Positions 9,997 through 19,368 of a stretch of DNA of 64,000 nucleotides are shown here, piece by piece. The DNA is from Patescibacteria group bacterium. Lineage in GTDB: Bacteria; Patescibacteriota; Patescibacteriia; UBA10025; JAHIVO01. A program made the position numbers and the translations under genes. The notes under the pieces were generated by a model that saw nothing but the letters and a program-made list of their open reading frames with translations, was not told where the DNA came from and searched no databases. The DNA is taken from contig JBAZKE010000001.1 in assembly GCA_041650915.1 (NCBI GenBank), positions 379,284-443,283 on the forward strand, written 5' to 3'. Numbering within the stretch: position 1 is the first letter of the stretch; every line of letters begins with the position of its first letter.

Positions 9997-11070
9997 ATGG
10001 GCAACAAAAAGGACGCATCAAAGGAACTTATCTGGGGCAAGCGCAAGAACCGAACCTGGATTTATATTGTCGCTGCAGTTGTCGTCGTCATTGCGGGCAT
10101 TGGGGGATATATCCTTTTTGGCCCAACGGATACCAGTGAACCAGCCTCAACAGCGACCACGACAGGCCAGGACGCTCTCGTGCGGAGAGCGATTGATGGC
10201 GTCTACGTTCCGGCAGACCAGGCGACCTATTTTCCGGTGGCGGTCATGGTAGAAAATTTATCAATCGTGCGGCCGCAGTCTGGCCTCACCGAAGCCGGAG
10301 TTGTGTATGAGGCGCTCGCCGAGGGCGGTATTACGCGTTTTTTAGCTGTGTATGGGGGCTCAACACCAGGGGAAATCGGCCCGGTCCGTTCTGCGCGGCC
10401 ATACTTTATTGACTGGACACTCGAGTACGGAGCGCTGTACGCTCACGCCGGCGGCAGCCCGCAGGCGCTTGCCGATATCAGCACGTACGAAGTATTCGAC
10501 CTGAACCAGTTCTACAACTCGCAGTATTTCTGGAGGAAGCAGGACCTGCCGCTCGCGAGTGAACATACGCTTTTCACCTCCGGAGAGCTCATGCAGTACG
10601 CGCTCCGGGATACGGGGGCTGAAGAAGCATCATCATTCACGCGCTGGACATTCAAAGATGATGCCGATCTCGCAGACCGCCCGGTAGAGGTCAAGGCCAT
10701 CAGCATCGACTACTCGTCATTCAGCTACAAGGTTGAGTATCAGTATGATCGGGAAACGAATACCTACATCCGTTCGCAGGGCGGGGCAGTGCATGCCGAC
10801 CTCAACGGTACGACTATCCAGCCGAAGAATATAATCGTCCAGAAAGTTGCTACCCACCTCGCAGATGCCGAGCGTCTGAGTATGGAGACGGTCGGGGAGG
10901 GTGAAGCGATCATTTTTCGGGATGGCGTTGCTATCGATGCGACCTGGAAAAAAGAGGACAAGGACAGCCGTACGCTCTTCTATGATCTCGACGGCAATGA
11001 GGTGGCATTCAACGCAGGCCAGACCTGGGTAGAGGTAGTGCCAACCGACCGTACCATTGAATACAATTAG
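9997..11070 (+). CDS. DUF3048 (YerB-like) membrane-anchored protein
   Basis: AVMVEN..RPQSGL..VYEALAEGGITRF, GPVRSARPYF, AHAGGSP. Confidence 0.85.
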   Translation: MGNKKDASKELIWGKRKNRTWIYIVAAVVVVIAGIGGYILFGPTDTSEPASTATTTGQDALVRRAIDGVYVPADQATYFPVAVMVENLSIVRPQSGLTEAGVVYEALAEGGITRFLAVYGGSTPGEIGPVRSARPYFIDWTLEYGALYAHAGGSPQALADISTYEVFDLNQFYNSQYFWRKQDLPLASEHTLFTSGELMQYALRDTGAEEASSFTRWTFKDDADLADRPVEVKAISIDYSSFSYKVEYQYDRETNTYIRSQGGAVHADLNGTTIQPKNIIVQKVATHLADAERLSMETVGEGEAIIFRDGVAIDATWKKEDKDSRTLFYDLDGNEVAFNAGQTWVEVVPTDRTIEYN

Positions 11071-11094
11071 CGCCTTTTGCATCCGTCCGTAAAA

Positions 11095-12228
11095 ATGCAA
11101 AAACAAAACAAAAAACCATCCGCATGGCATCCGATTCGCGAACAGCACACGGTCCCTTGGGTCGCGGGGTTGTTTGTTGTGGCGACCGCTTTTTCGTGGT
11201 GGTACTGCGTTACGTACCTCGCGTCGAGTGCAGCTGTCGTGAATTCATACTTTTCATTGGCTGGAAATTCTCTCATCATGAAAGGCGAAGCGGCGATGGT
11301 TGAAACGGCTGCCGTGACCATGGAGCGCCTCATTGACGGATCCATCGTCGATGCTGATAAAGCGGGCTATTGGCCGTATGCGGTGATGATAGAAAATCTT
11401 CTGTCAGTCAGGCCCCAGAGCGGCCTGTCGCAGGCTTCTGTCGTATACGAGTCGCTCGTCGAGGGAGGCGCTACGCGATTCATGGCAGTATTCGACCCCT
11501 CTGAAATTATTCCCGAGATCATGCCAGTCCGCTCAGCACGGCCGTACTACCTCGAGTGGTCATCTGAGTACGGAGCGCTGTACGCCCACGCCGGCGGCAG
11601 CCCGAAGGCGCTCACCGTTATCCGTGAGAACGACGACATCAATGATCTCGAGGCACTCTCGAGCGACGCCAAGTACTTTTGGAGGGATACGTCAAAGTCC
11701 GCGCCGCACAATCTGGTGACATCATCGGAAAAAATGAATTTTGCGCTTCACGACAAGGGACTCATTGAACATGCCGCGACGTTCGATCCCTGGCGCTTCA
11801 AAGATGACGCCGAGCTTGAGTCGCGCGGGGATGGCGGTAAAACCGCGAGTTTCAACTTTTCCTATGGCCTGACGTATAAGGTTGATTTTACTTACAACCG
11901 TGAGCGGAATGAGTACCTGCGGTTCAATGCTGATGAGCCCCATCTCGATAACAATACCGGCGAGCAGATTGCAGTAAAGAACGTTATTGTACAGCTTGTT
12001 GAAGAGCCACTATTGGACGGCGGCAAGGGCAGGCTTGAGATTTACGCTGGAGGAGAGGGCAGCGCGTGGATGTTCCGTGACGGGCTCGCGATTCCGTGCA
12101 CCTGGAAAAAGGGCTCCCGGACAGACCGAACGCGTTTCTACGACCAGGAGGGGAATGAGCTCGAGCTCAACCGCGGAGCGATCTGGGTGCACATCGTTCC
12201 GAAAGACCAGGCGGTAACGTACGAATAG
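11095..12228 (+). CDS. DUF3048 protein, tandem paralogue
   Basis: AVMIEN..RPQSGL..VEGGATRF, PVRSARPYY, AHAGGSP, APHNL. Confidence 0.85.
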   Translation: MQKQNKKPSAWHPIREQHTVPWVAGLFVVATAFSWWYCVTYLASSAAVVNSYFSLAGNSLIMKGEAAMVETAAVTMERLIDGSIVDADKAGYWPYAVMIENLLSVRPQSGLSQASVVYESLVEGGATRFMAVFDPSEIIPEIMPVRSARPYYLEWSSEYGALYAHAGGSPKALTVIRENDDINDLEALSSDAKYFWRDTSKSAPHNLVTSSEKMNFALHDKGLIEHAATFDPWRFKDDAELESRGDGGKTASFNFSYGLTYKVDFTYNRERNEYLRFNADEPHLDNNTGEQIAVKNVIVQLVEEPLLDGGKGRLEIYAGGEGSAWMFRDGLAIPCTWKKGSRTDRTRFYDQEGNELELNRGAIWVHIVPKDQAVTYE

Positions 12229-12297
12229 AAAAAGACCACCTCGTTCTCAATGGTGAGTGTGTAGTGCGTTGAGAAGTCATCGGTGGTCTTGTTAGGG

Positions 12298-12759
12298 TTA
12301 CGGCTGAATCCGCGGAGCGGGCTCTACCGTGGCGGTGTGAAGGGCGCATAAAGTTCTCCCAGCAGGTACATTAAGGTTCCTCTTTTTCGGTTGACTCGGT
12401 TGCATACCGAGCAATTCAATCATTGCTTCTCGGGTCATTTGCCGGAAGCCTCGCAGTTTTTCGAGGGGATACGATTCTAAAACGCATTCAAGTTTCCGCT
12501 GCAGGGGATTCCTGGAGATTTCTATGGAGAACCGGCTGTTCTCCACGTCGACCGTCATTGAGACGATCAATCCCAGAATCGGCTGGTCGAGGCCATCGAT
12601 GCAGATGCGTGCATAGAGCGTCAGGACCGGCTGTTTAATGAACAGCGGTAAGCAGTCCAGATCCGGTGCGCGCGCACGGATCTCTTGACCCACGTGTGTA
12701 CCTTGCGGGAGCTTCTCGATCCAATCGAGAAATCGAACGACTCTTGTCAAATTCGACAT
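12298..12759 (-). CDS. Hypothetical protein (stand-alone unit)
   Basis: AAAGGAGGTG SD before the ATG; own TTGACG-17-TATACT promoter near 12828-12856; terminator hairpin at 12229-12290. Confidence 0.65.
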   Translation of the reverse strand: MSNLTRVVRFLDWIEKLPQGTHVGQEIRARAPDLDCLPLFIKQPVLTLYARICIDGLDQPILGLIVSMTVDVENSRFSIEISRNPLQRKLECVLESYPLEKLRGFRQMTREAMIELLGMQPSQPKKRNLNVPAGRTLCALHTATVEPAPRIQP

Positions 12760-12900
12760 TCCGCTTCACCTCCTTTCAAAGGGCGAAGAGTTTTGTTTTT
12801 GTGGTTTTTGTACCGGAGTACAGCTTCAGTATACGCTTGCCGTATGGAGCGTCAAATGTTTCCTGTCGTATGGATAAATCTCAAACGAGTTGCCCATATT

Positions 12901-13773
12901 TTATCTGATGACCGCAACGCGGTCCCGCCCGGCTAGGTCTTTTATAAACGATACCTTTTTCAGCGGCAGGTATTGTCCTGCCATATAATCTATAGCTTTT
13001 GCCTGCGTTGGCGCAATCTCGAGCACAATCATCGTGTCAACCGGCATTGCTTCCGCTGACTGCATGAGCAGACGTTCTATGAGTTCCAATCCGAGTTTGC
13101 CGCCATAAAGCGCCTGCCGCGGTTCAAAGGGTACGCCGTGCAGTTCATCCGTCGTGAGGTAAGGGAGGTTTGCGACGATTACGCCGGGAACCGGCAGTCT
13201 TTTTACGCCTTTTTTCTTCGTACAGAGTGGTTTGAGGAGGTTGCCCTGCAAGAACGAAACGGTTTTCGCAACATGATGCAGGCGGGCATTCTTTTTTGCG
13301 ACGACCAGCGCCTTTGGAGAACTGTCTATCGCATACATGTGCACATTCGGCAGGTATTTCGCGAGCGTAACCGCTATGCAGCCGGAACCGGTCCCGATGT
13401 CAGCGACGGCCACCTTTTTTTGTTCCGGGTGCTGCCGGCGCCGTTCGCGAACTGCCTGAATCGCCTGCTCGACGAGCAGTTCAGTCTCCGGCCTCGGTAT
13501 CAGCGTATCCTTGGTCACGACAAAGTCGAGCTTGTAGAATTCTTTGCTGCCGGTGAGGTATGCGACCGGCATCCCGCGCCTCCGCTGGCCGATAAGCTTG
13601 CTGAAATGGCGGTAGTGGGCAGCGGATACCGTGCGGCCAGGGTGGGCGAGCAGGTAACCCCGCGGTTTCTTGAGGATGAACGACAAGAGGACCTCAGCAT
13701 CGAGGTGGGCTGAGGTTGAGTGTGTGCCTGATAGTTTTTTAATGGCGCCAAGGAGCGCTCCCTGTATTGTCAT
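12901..13773 (-). CDS. prmC: Release factor glutamine methyltransferase
   Basis: PVAYLTG.KEFY, LIPRPETELLVE, DIGTGSGCIA, ANLPY; coupled to prfA. Confidence 0.95.
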   Translation of the reverse strand: MTIQGALLGAIKKLSGTHSTSAHLDAEVLLSFILKKPRGYLLAHPGRTVSAAHYRHFSKLIGQRRRGMPVAYLTGSKEFYKLDFVVTKDTLIPRPETELLVEQAIQAVRERRRQHPEQKKVAVADIGTGSGCIAVTLAKYLPNVHMYAIDSSPKALVVAKKNARLHHVAKTVSFLQGNLLKPLCTKKKGVKRLPVPGVIVANLPYLTTDELHGVPFEPRQALYGGKLGLELIERLLMQSAEAMPVDTMIVLEIAPTQAKAIDYMAGQYLPLKKVSFIKDLAGRDRVAVIR

Positions 13774-14825
13774 GCTGGTTGGTCCGCTGCCTTGAGGTCG
13801 CGGATTACGCTCGCGAGGCCACCGTCGAGAATAGCGTTGAGGCCGTGGTAGCTCTTCTTGATGCGGTGGTCGGTGACGCGGTCCTGGGGAAAGTTATACG
13901 TCCTGATTTTTTCCGACCGGTCTCCTGAGCCGATTTGGTTCTTTCGCGCGTCGGCACGCTCCCTGCTGCGTTTTTCTTCTTCGATTGCGAGGAGGCGCGA
14001 GCGGAGCACCTGGAGCGCCTTTTCTTTATTCTGCCGCTGGGAACGTTCATCCTGGCAGGTAACCATCGTATTGGTCGGTTTGTGGATGATGCGGATTGCC
14101 GAGTACGACGTATTGACTGATTGGCCGCCGGCACCGCTTGAGGTGGTAGCCTGAATGTCGAGATCCTCAGGTTTAAGCTCAATGTCAACCTCTTCCGCAG
14201 CCGGCAAGATTGCCACGGTTGCTGCCGAGGTATGGATGCGCCCGCTCTTTTCCGTATCCGGCACGCGCTGCACGCGGTGGACGCCGCTCTCGTATTTGAG
14301 ATCGCTGTATACGTTCCTGCCGTTGATCTCGAATATTACTTCTTTGAGTCCGCCGATGCCGGTCCTGCTTGAGTTCAGGAGGTTTGTTTTCCAGCTCTTG
14401 CGTTCAGCATACCTCGAGTACATGCGGAACAGGTCAGCCGCGAAGAGCGCGGCTTCATCCCCGCCAGTGCCGGCACGAATTTCTACGATGATGTCTTTTT
14501 TATCCAGCGGATTTGCAGGATTGAGCGCCTCTTTGATCAGCTCCTCGAGTTCAGTTTGTTTTTGGCGGAGTGACGAGAGTTCCTCCTCAGCGAGCTCCCT
14601 CACCTCTGAGTCCGATTCGTCCTTGAGGGTAGCCTCGACCTGCCCGATGCTTTCACGTATCGCATCGAGTTTGCCGTACTTTTCGAGCAGCTGTCCGAGT
14701 TCGTTGTACTCCTTTGAGAATTTCTGGAGCTTACTGCTGTCCCGCAGTACGTCCTGGTCCTGGAGTTCCCGCTCGAGCTGCTCATACCGTTCCTGGAGTG
14801 TTATGCGGTCCGTGCTCATAGTCAT
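13770..14825 (-). CDS. prfA: Peptide chain release factor 1
   Basis: EIRAGTGGDEAALF, ESGVHRVQRVPDT (PxT motif), GAGGQ, RTYNFPQDRVTDHR. Confidence 0.97.
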   Translation of the reverse strand: MTMSTDRITLQERYEQLERELQDQDVLRDSSKLQKFSKEYNELGQLLEKYGKLDAIRESIGQVEATLKDESDSEVRELAEEELSSLRQKQTELEELIKEALNPANPLDKKDIIVEIRAGTGGDEAALFAADLFRMYSRYAERKSWKTNLLNSSRTGIGGLKEVIFEINGRNVYSDLKYESGVHRVQRVPDTEKSGRIHTSAATVAILPAAEEVDIELKPEDLDIQATTSSGAGGQSVNTSYSAIRIIHKPTNTMVTCQDERSQRQNKEKALQVLRSRLLAIEEEKRSRERADARKNQIGSGDRSEKIRTYNFPQDRVTDHRIKKSYHGLNAILDGGLASVIRDLKAADQPA

Positions 14826-14870
14826 AAAATCCCCGCACACGAAAATGGGTGGGGGGACGTTTATGGTTAG

Positions 14871-15152
14871 CTAACCGTTCTTTTTGTCTGCTTTCTTCCC
14901 GGTTTTTTTTGTCGCGGTGGCCTTCTGTGCCGCTGTTTTTTTAAACGAAGCTTTTTTCTCGACGAGGCGCTGGAACCGTTCGACGCGGCCGCGGTCATCG
15001 AGCAGCTTTTGTTTGCCGGTATAGAAGGGGTGGCAGAGGGAGCAAATTTCGGTGTGGATCTCAGCCACGGTAGAACCAGTCGTAAACGTGTTGCCGCACG
15101 CACAGACGACTTTCGCATCAGTATGGTATTCTGGGTGGATATCTTTTTTCAT
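14871..15152 (-). CDS. rpmE: 50S ribosomal protein L31
   Basis: [25 protein letters not shown]. Confidence 0.97.
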   Translation of the reverse strand: MKKDIHPEYHTDAKVVCACGNTFTTGSTVAEIHTEICSLCHPFYTGKQKLLDDRGRVERFQRLVEKKASFKKTAAQKATATKKTGKKADKKNG

Positions 15153-15242
15153 ACGCTATATGTAGCAGCAGTGTAGCAGGGTTCGCAGTTTTACGCAAGG
15201 CTGCGGCCTTACACTTGATTATTTTTTATGTTGTGTTACTAT

Positions 15243-15416
15243 AGGAGCACCACTTTTCAGGCTTTACAAAGGAGTTCAAAAAGTGTCGTAATTACTCATT
15301 AACCACCCATGCTCTCTGACTGGCGGCTCATCCTTGGCCTCGGCGCCTCACGCAGGCGTCACGAGGTTTAGAGCAGCTGGATAGACGTGAGCAGCGGATA
15401 ACAAAGGGAAATTTAT
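15243..15416 (+). promoter_or_regulatory. Long structured 5' leader of rpsB-tsf (possible S2 autoregulatory leader)
   Basis: TTGATT-17-TACTAT promoter just upstream; ~170 nt UTR with hairpins CACTTTT/AAAAGTG and GCGCCT/AGGCGT. S2 leaders are known in other bacteria; function here is inferred. Confidence 0.4.
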
Positions 15417-16178
15417 ATGCAGGAAATATCTCTACTCGAGATGCTGAAGTCCGGCGTGCACTTCGGGCACCAGCTCAAACGGTGGCACCCGAAGATGGAG
15501 CCGTACCTCTACACGGCGCGCGGTGGCGTCCATGTCATTGACCTGGAGCAGACGGCGCGGATGCTCCGTGAGGCGAGCGATTTTATTAGTGCGCAAGTTG
15601 CCAAGGGCGGAAAGGTGCTTCTCGTCGCAACGAAACGGCAGGCCCAGCCGATCGTCCGGCAGGCGGCTGAGCAGGTCGGTATGCCTTTCGTTACCGAACG
15701 CTGGATCGGCGGGACACTCACGAACTTCGAGAACATTTCGAAGCTGACCAGGCGGCTTAAAGATTTGCGCCAGAAGCGAGACCGGGGGGATCTGCAAAAG
15801 TACACGAAGCATGAACAGCTGCAGTTTTCCGAAGAGATCACGTACCTCGAGACGCTCGTCGGCGGCATTGAGGACCTCACGGCACTCCCGGAGCTGATTT
15901 TTATCGTCGATACGAAGAAAGAGAAGACAGCGCTCCGTGAAGCCCGCAAGAAGAAGATTCCGGTCGTCGCGATGGTCGACTCAAACTGCAATCCCAACCT
16001 CGTTGACTATCCGATCCCGTCTAATGATGATGCGACCAAGTCCATCAAACTCATTGTATCTGCAATTGTTGAGGTGATCGGAGAGGCACAGAAGCGGAAA
16101 GCTGCAGCCGCAGCAACTGAACAGGCGGCACCCGCGCAAGAGAACGCCGCTCATCCCACAGAACCGCTTCAGCAATAA
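15417..16178 (+). CDS. rpsB: 30S ribosomal protein S2
   Basis: GVHFGH..RWHPKM, RWIGGTLTNF, DYPIPSNDDA. Confidence 0.98.
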   Translation: MQEISLLEMLKSGVHFGHQLKRWHPKMEPYLYTARGGVHVIDLEQTARMLREASDFISAQVAKGGKVLLVATKRQAQPIVRQAAEQVGMPFVTERWIGGTLTNFENISKLTRRLKDLRQKRDRGDLQKYTKHEQLQFSEEITYLETLVGGIEDLTALPELIFIVDTKKEKTALREARKKKIPVVAMVDSNCNPNLVDYPIPSNDDATKSIKLIVSAIVEVIGEAQKRKAAAAATEQAAPAQENAAHPTEPLQQ

Positions 16179-16198
16179 CCTAACCATCGTATACGATT

Positions 16199-16786
16199 AT
16201 GGCAATCGAGATATCATTGATTCGACAGCTTCGCGAGCGTACGGGAGTCGGCATGATGGATGCAAAGCGTGCCCTCGAAGAGACGGGCGGCGACAGCGAG
16301 AAGGCCGTCGAATACCTCAAGAAGCAGGGCCAGAAGGTCGCGGCTAAGAAGCAGAACCGCGAGACGCGCGAAGGCATTATCGGTGCGTATGTACACGCAA
16401 ACGGAAAAGTCGCGGCGGTCATCGCGATCGCCTGCGAGAGCGATTTCGTAGCGAAGACGGAAGAAATGAAGGAGCTCGCGCACGACATCGCAATGCAGAT
16501 AGCGGCAACCGACCCGGCTTACCTGACGCCGGCGGACGTGCCCGTAGAGATCCTTGACAAAGAAAAAGAAATATTCAAAGCCCAGCTCGAACGGGAAGGG
16601 AAGCCGGAGCACATTCGGGAGAAAATTATTGAGGGCAAGGTCCAGAAATTTTACTCGGCAGTCTGCCTCAGCAAGCAGCCATTCATAAAGGACGATCAGC
16701 AGACGATCGAGCAGCTCATACATGAGAAGATCATGAAGCTCGGCGAAAACATCCAGCTCCGGGAGTATAAGCGGATCGCGCTATGA
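16199..16786 (+). CDS. tsf: Elongation factor Ts (short form)
   Basis: LRERTGVGMMDAKRAL, CESDFVA, AHDIAMQIAA. Confidence 0.97.
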   Translation: MAIEISLIRQLRERTGVGMMDAKRALEETGGDSEKAVEYLKKQGQKVAAKKQNRETREGIIGAYVHANGKVAAVIAIACESDFVAKTEEMKELAHDIAMQIAATDPAYLTPADVPVEILDKEKEIFKAQLEREGKPEHIREKIIEGKVQKFYSAVCLSKQPFIKDDQQTIEQLIHEKIMKLGENIQLREYKRIAL

Positions 16787-17580
16787 TCAAACGTGCCGCC
16801 GGAGTACAGTTCAATCCCTGGGATCACGTCTACCACTATGATTGCAGTGACGCTAAGGTAAAACCCGGCGACCACCTCATTGTCAGGGTTGATACGGGAC
16901 TCGAGATAGCGAAGGTGGTGAGCGTCGCCGAAGTTGATGACGAAACGCTTGATGAACCCCTGAGGCAGATCGTTCGGCGCGCGACCGCCGAGGACGTTAA
17001 GCGGGGCAACGCCCAGCAGGAGAAGCGCGATGAGCTCCTCTCGAAAGCACGGACGCTCGTCGAGCAGCGCGGACTGGCCATGAAGCTCGTCGACTGCTAC
17101 TTCTCGTTCGATGGCGGAAGGGTGACGTTCGTATTTACCGCAGATGGGCGTGTTGATTTCCGGGAACTCGTCAAAGATCTCGCTCGGGCGTTCCAGAAGT
17201 CGATCCGGTTGCAGCAGGTCGGTATTCGCGATGAGGCCCGGCGCATGGGAGGATTCGGCCCGTGCGGGCGCGAGGTATGCTGCAAGCAGTTCCTCGGTGA
17301 TCTCACGAGCGTAACGACAGAGATGGCACGAATTCAGCAGGTTCATAGCAGGGGGAGCGACAGGATATCCGGTGCGTGCGGACGGCTCATGTGTTGTCTC
17401 GCGTATGAGGCGGCTGATTATGAGGCGGCACTGAAGGACTTCCCGCCGATTGACAGTACGGTTACGACGAAGCTAGGAAAGGGAACGGTGAGTTCCTACA
17501 ATGTCATCAAGAAGACAGTCATGGTAAGAATCGATAAGGGTGTCACTGAGGTGCCCCTGGAAGAAGTACGCATCGTATGA
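16783..17580 (+). CDS. PSP1/YaaT (RicT) family protein
   Basis: FTADGRVDFRELVKDL, RDEAR..GG.GPCGREVCC, ISGACGRLMCCLAYE. Confidence 0.92.
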   Translation: MIKRAAGVQFNPWDHVYHYDCSDAKVKPGDHLIVRVDTGLEIAKVVSVAEVDDETLDEPLRQIVRRATAEDVKRGNAQQEKRDELLSKARTLVEQRGLAMKLVDCYFSFDGGRVTFVFTADGRVDFRELVKDLARAFQKSIRLQQVGIRDEARRMGGFGPCGREVCCKQFLGDLTSVTTEMARIQQVHSRGSDRISGACGRLMCCLAYEAADYEAALKDFPPIDSTVTTKLGKGTVSSYNVIKKTVMVRIDKGVTEVPLEEVRIV

Positions 17581-18452
17581 TACTCGACTACATCGCAATT
17601 GCCGTTCTCGCAGCAGCAATTATCGCGATCCTCGTGATACTCTGGAGAAAATTTTCCATACTCGCTGCGATTAATACGGAAACCATCAAGGAGGAACAGC
17701 AGAGCAAGGTGAAGCGGAGCTTGATTGAGGGGAGGCTCAAGCGCAAACTCGCCTCAATGCGGGCGCGCAGCGTCCTCAAGAATGGAAATGTCGACGGTAG
17801 CAGCAGTGAAAGCAAACCGTCAGCGATACGCGGTTTCTATAACGCCCTCCGCAAACTGGAGCAGAACTACCGCAGTAAAATTCGTGAACTCGAGCCTCAG
17901 GACGAGGGAGCAAAAGAAAAGAACGTATCGATCCTCATACGCGATGCGCGGGCGCTCCGGGACAGTGAACTGTATAAGGAAGCGGAGCAGAAGTACATCG
18001 AGGCAATCAGCGTTGACAGCAGGTCGGTAGAAGCGTATGAAAATCTTGGCGGCCTGTACGTCGAACTCAGAGATTACGACCACGCAAAAGAGATATACCA
18101 GTACCTGCTTAAGCTCCGTTCGACAGACCTCTCTGAATCTCCGAACAAGCAGACTGGCAGCATCGACCGTGGCGATGTCTCGACGGTATCGCTCGCAAAG
18201 GAAGTAGCGGGGTACCACGTGGAGCTTGGAGAGGTGTACCGTGCGGAAGGTGAACCGCAGAAAGCGCTCGACTGTTTCCAAGAGGCGGTGAAGCTCGAAC
18301 CAAACAATCCGCGCAATCTCGACAGGGTAGCCGAGACCGCACTCGAGCTCAAAGATAAACCGCTCGTGCAGGCCACCGTAGATAAGCTTCGTGAGGTGAA
18401 TCCAGAGAATGAAAAGCTCGCTGAGTTCGAGGAAGCGTTGAAGCAGCTGTAG
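17577..18452 (+). CDS. Membrane-anchored TPR protein
   Basis: N-terminal TM; TPR-like repeats AYENLGGLY and YHVELGEVY..ALDCFQEAVKLEPNN. Confidence 0.85.
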   Translation: MILDYIAIAVLAAAIIAILVILWRKFSILAAINTETIKEEQQSKVKRSLIEGRLKRKLASMRARSVLKNGNVDGSSSESKPSAIRGFYNALRKLEQNYRSKIRELEPQDEGAKEKNVSILIRDARALRDSELYKEAEQKYIEAISVDSRSVEAYENLGGLYVELRDYDHAKEIYQYLLKLRSTDLSESPNKQTGSIDRGDVSTVSLAKEVAGYHVELGEVYRAEGEPQKALDCFQEAVKLEPNNPRNLDRVAETALELKDKPLVQATVDKLREVNPENEKLAEFEEALKQL

Positions 18453-18507
18453 TCCGGAAGTAAGGTTGTTCTCCCTATCGCGTTGTAGCCCAGCTTGCCC
18501 TGTTACA

Positions 18508-18715
18508 GTTGTTGTAGCTCAGTTGGTCCCGTCCGAGCCGATGTAGCTCAGTTGGTAGAGCAACTCCATGGTAAGGAGTAGGTCGCCAGTTCAATTCTGG
18601 CCATCGGCTCGGACGGGATAAATGCCGCCACTCCATGCCTGCCCCGTACATTGAGCGAAGCAAAATGATGCGGGGGGTAAGGAGTAGGTCTGCGGTTCGA
18701 CTCCGCGCAACGGTT
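18508..18715 (+). pseudogene. Broken outer tRNA-Thr(GGT) copy enclosing the intact tRNA-Thr
   Basis: Pieces GTTGTTGTAGCTCAGTTGGT (18508-18527), ACTCCAT (18630-18636) and GGTAAGGAGTAGGTCTGCGGTTCGACTCCGCGCAACGGT (18676-18714), separated by hairpin inserts. Confidence 0.8.
18537..18609 (+). tRNA. tRNA-Thr(GGT), no encoded CCA
   Basis: GCCGATG/CATCGGC acceptor; ACTCC-ATGGTAA-GGAGT anticodon arm; GCCAG-TTCAATT-CTGGC T arm; discriminator T. Confidence 0.95.
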
Positions 18716-18834
18716 GCAACGGGGAAAGCAATTTGACAGTCAAACATGGGTAGGTACCCCCGGCATTCGCCGGGACAGGCTCCGTGGTTTTTACCTCGGG
18801 CTTGGTGGACATGCCATACTCATATCTGGCGGGC

Positions 18835-18920
18835 GGGTAGGTACCGAAGTGGTCAAACGGGGCAGACTGTAAATCTGCTGGCTTCGGCCTTCGGGGGTTC
18901 GAATCCCTCCCTGCCCACCA
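18835..18920 (+). tRNA. tRNA-Tyr(GTA)
   Basis: GGGTAGG/CCTGCCC acceptor; GCAGA-CTGTAAA-TCTGC; long variable arm; GTTCGAATC; ACCA end. Confidence 0.96.
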
Positions 18921-19237
18921 GATGTGAGTATGAGTAGCTGGCATACTGTTTGTGCCGCCGAAGGGCTGTATAAATCTGCTGGCCTCGGCCTTTAGGGGGT
19001 TCGAATCCCATGGGATTCGAACGGGCACGAACGAGGCGCAGCCGAGTGACAAACAATTCGAGCTTGCGCAGAATTGTTTGGTGCCCAGGACGAGAATCCC
19101 TCCCTGCCCACCAGATGTGAGTATGAGTAGCTGGCATACTGTTTGTGCCGCCGAAGGGCTGTATAAATCTGCTGGTTCCGGTCTTTTGGGGGTTTGCATC
19201 CCATGGGATTCGAACGGGCACGAACGAGGCGCAGCCG
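18901..19237 (+). repeat. Two 144-bp direct repeats (period 193) starting with the 3' end of tRNA-Tyr
   Basis: 18901-19044 and 19094-19237 both run GAATCCCTCCCTGCCCACCAGATGTGAGTATG...GAGGCGCAGCCG with a few substitutions. Confidence 0.92.
19012..19100. mobile_element. Structured micro-element at the tRNA-Tyr T-arm (copy 1)
   Basis: Terminal GGGATTC/GAATCCC; stems GGGCAC/GTGCCC, GGC-GCA-GCC and CAAACAATTC/GAATTGTTTG with loop GAGCTTGCGCA. Mobility is inferred. Confidence 0.6.
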
Positions 19238-19291
19238 CAGGAGTATTTTTAAAACCTCATGACTCTTTAAAAAAGCTATCCGTTCGGACGC

Positions 19292-19366
19292 GCCACCCTA
19301 GCTCAGTGGTAGAGCAACTGTTTTGTAAACAGTAGGTCGTCGGTTCGAATCCGACGGGTGGCTCCA
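19292..19366 (+). tRNA. tRNA-Thr(TGT)
   Basis: GCCACCC/GGGTGGC acceptor; ACTGT-TTTGTAA-ACAGT; GTCGG-TTCGAAT-CCGAC; TCCA end. Confidence 0.96.
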
Positions 19367-19368
19367 GG

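Noticed and set aside
9997-12228. Tandem DUF3048 genes as a variation system
   Set aside because: Ordinary diverged paralogues; DNA identity is limited to the conserved AHAGGSP region
13770-16786. Alternative genetic code (UGA as Gly/Trp)
   Set aside because: prfA and tsf end at TGA at their expected lengths, and conserved genes have no in-frame TGA
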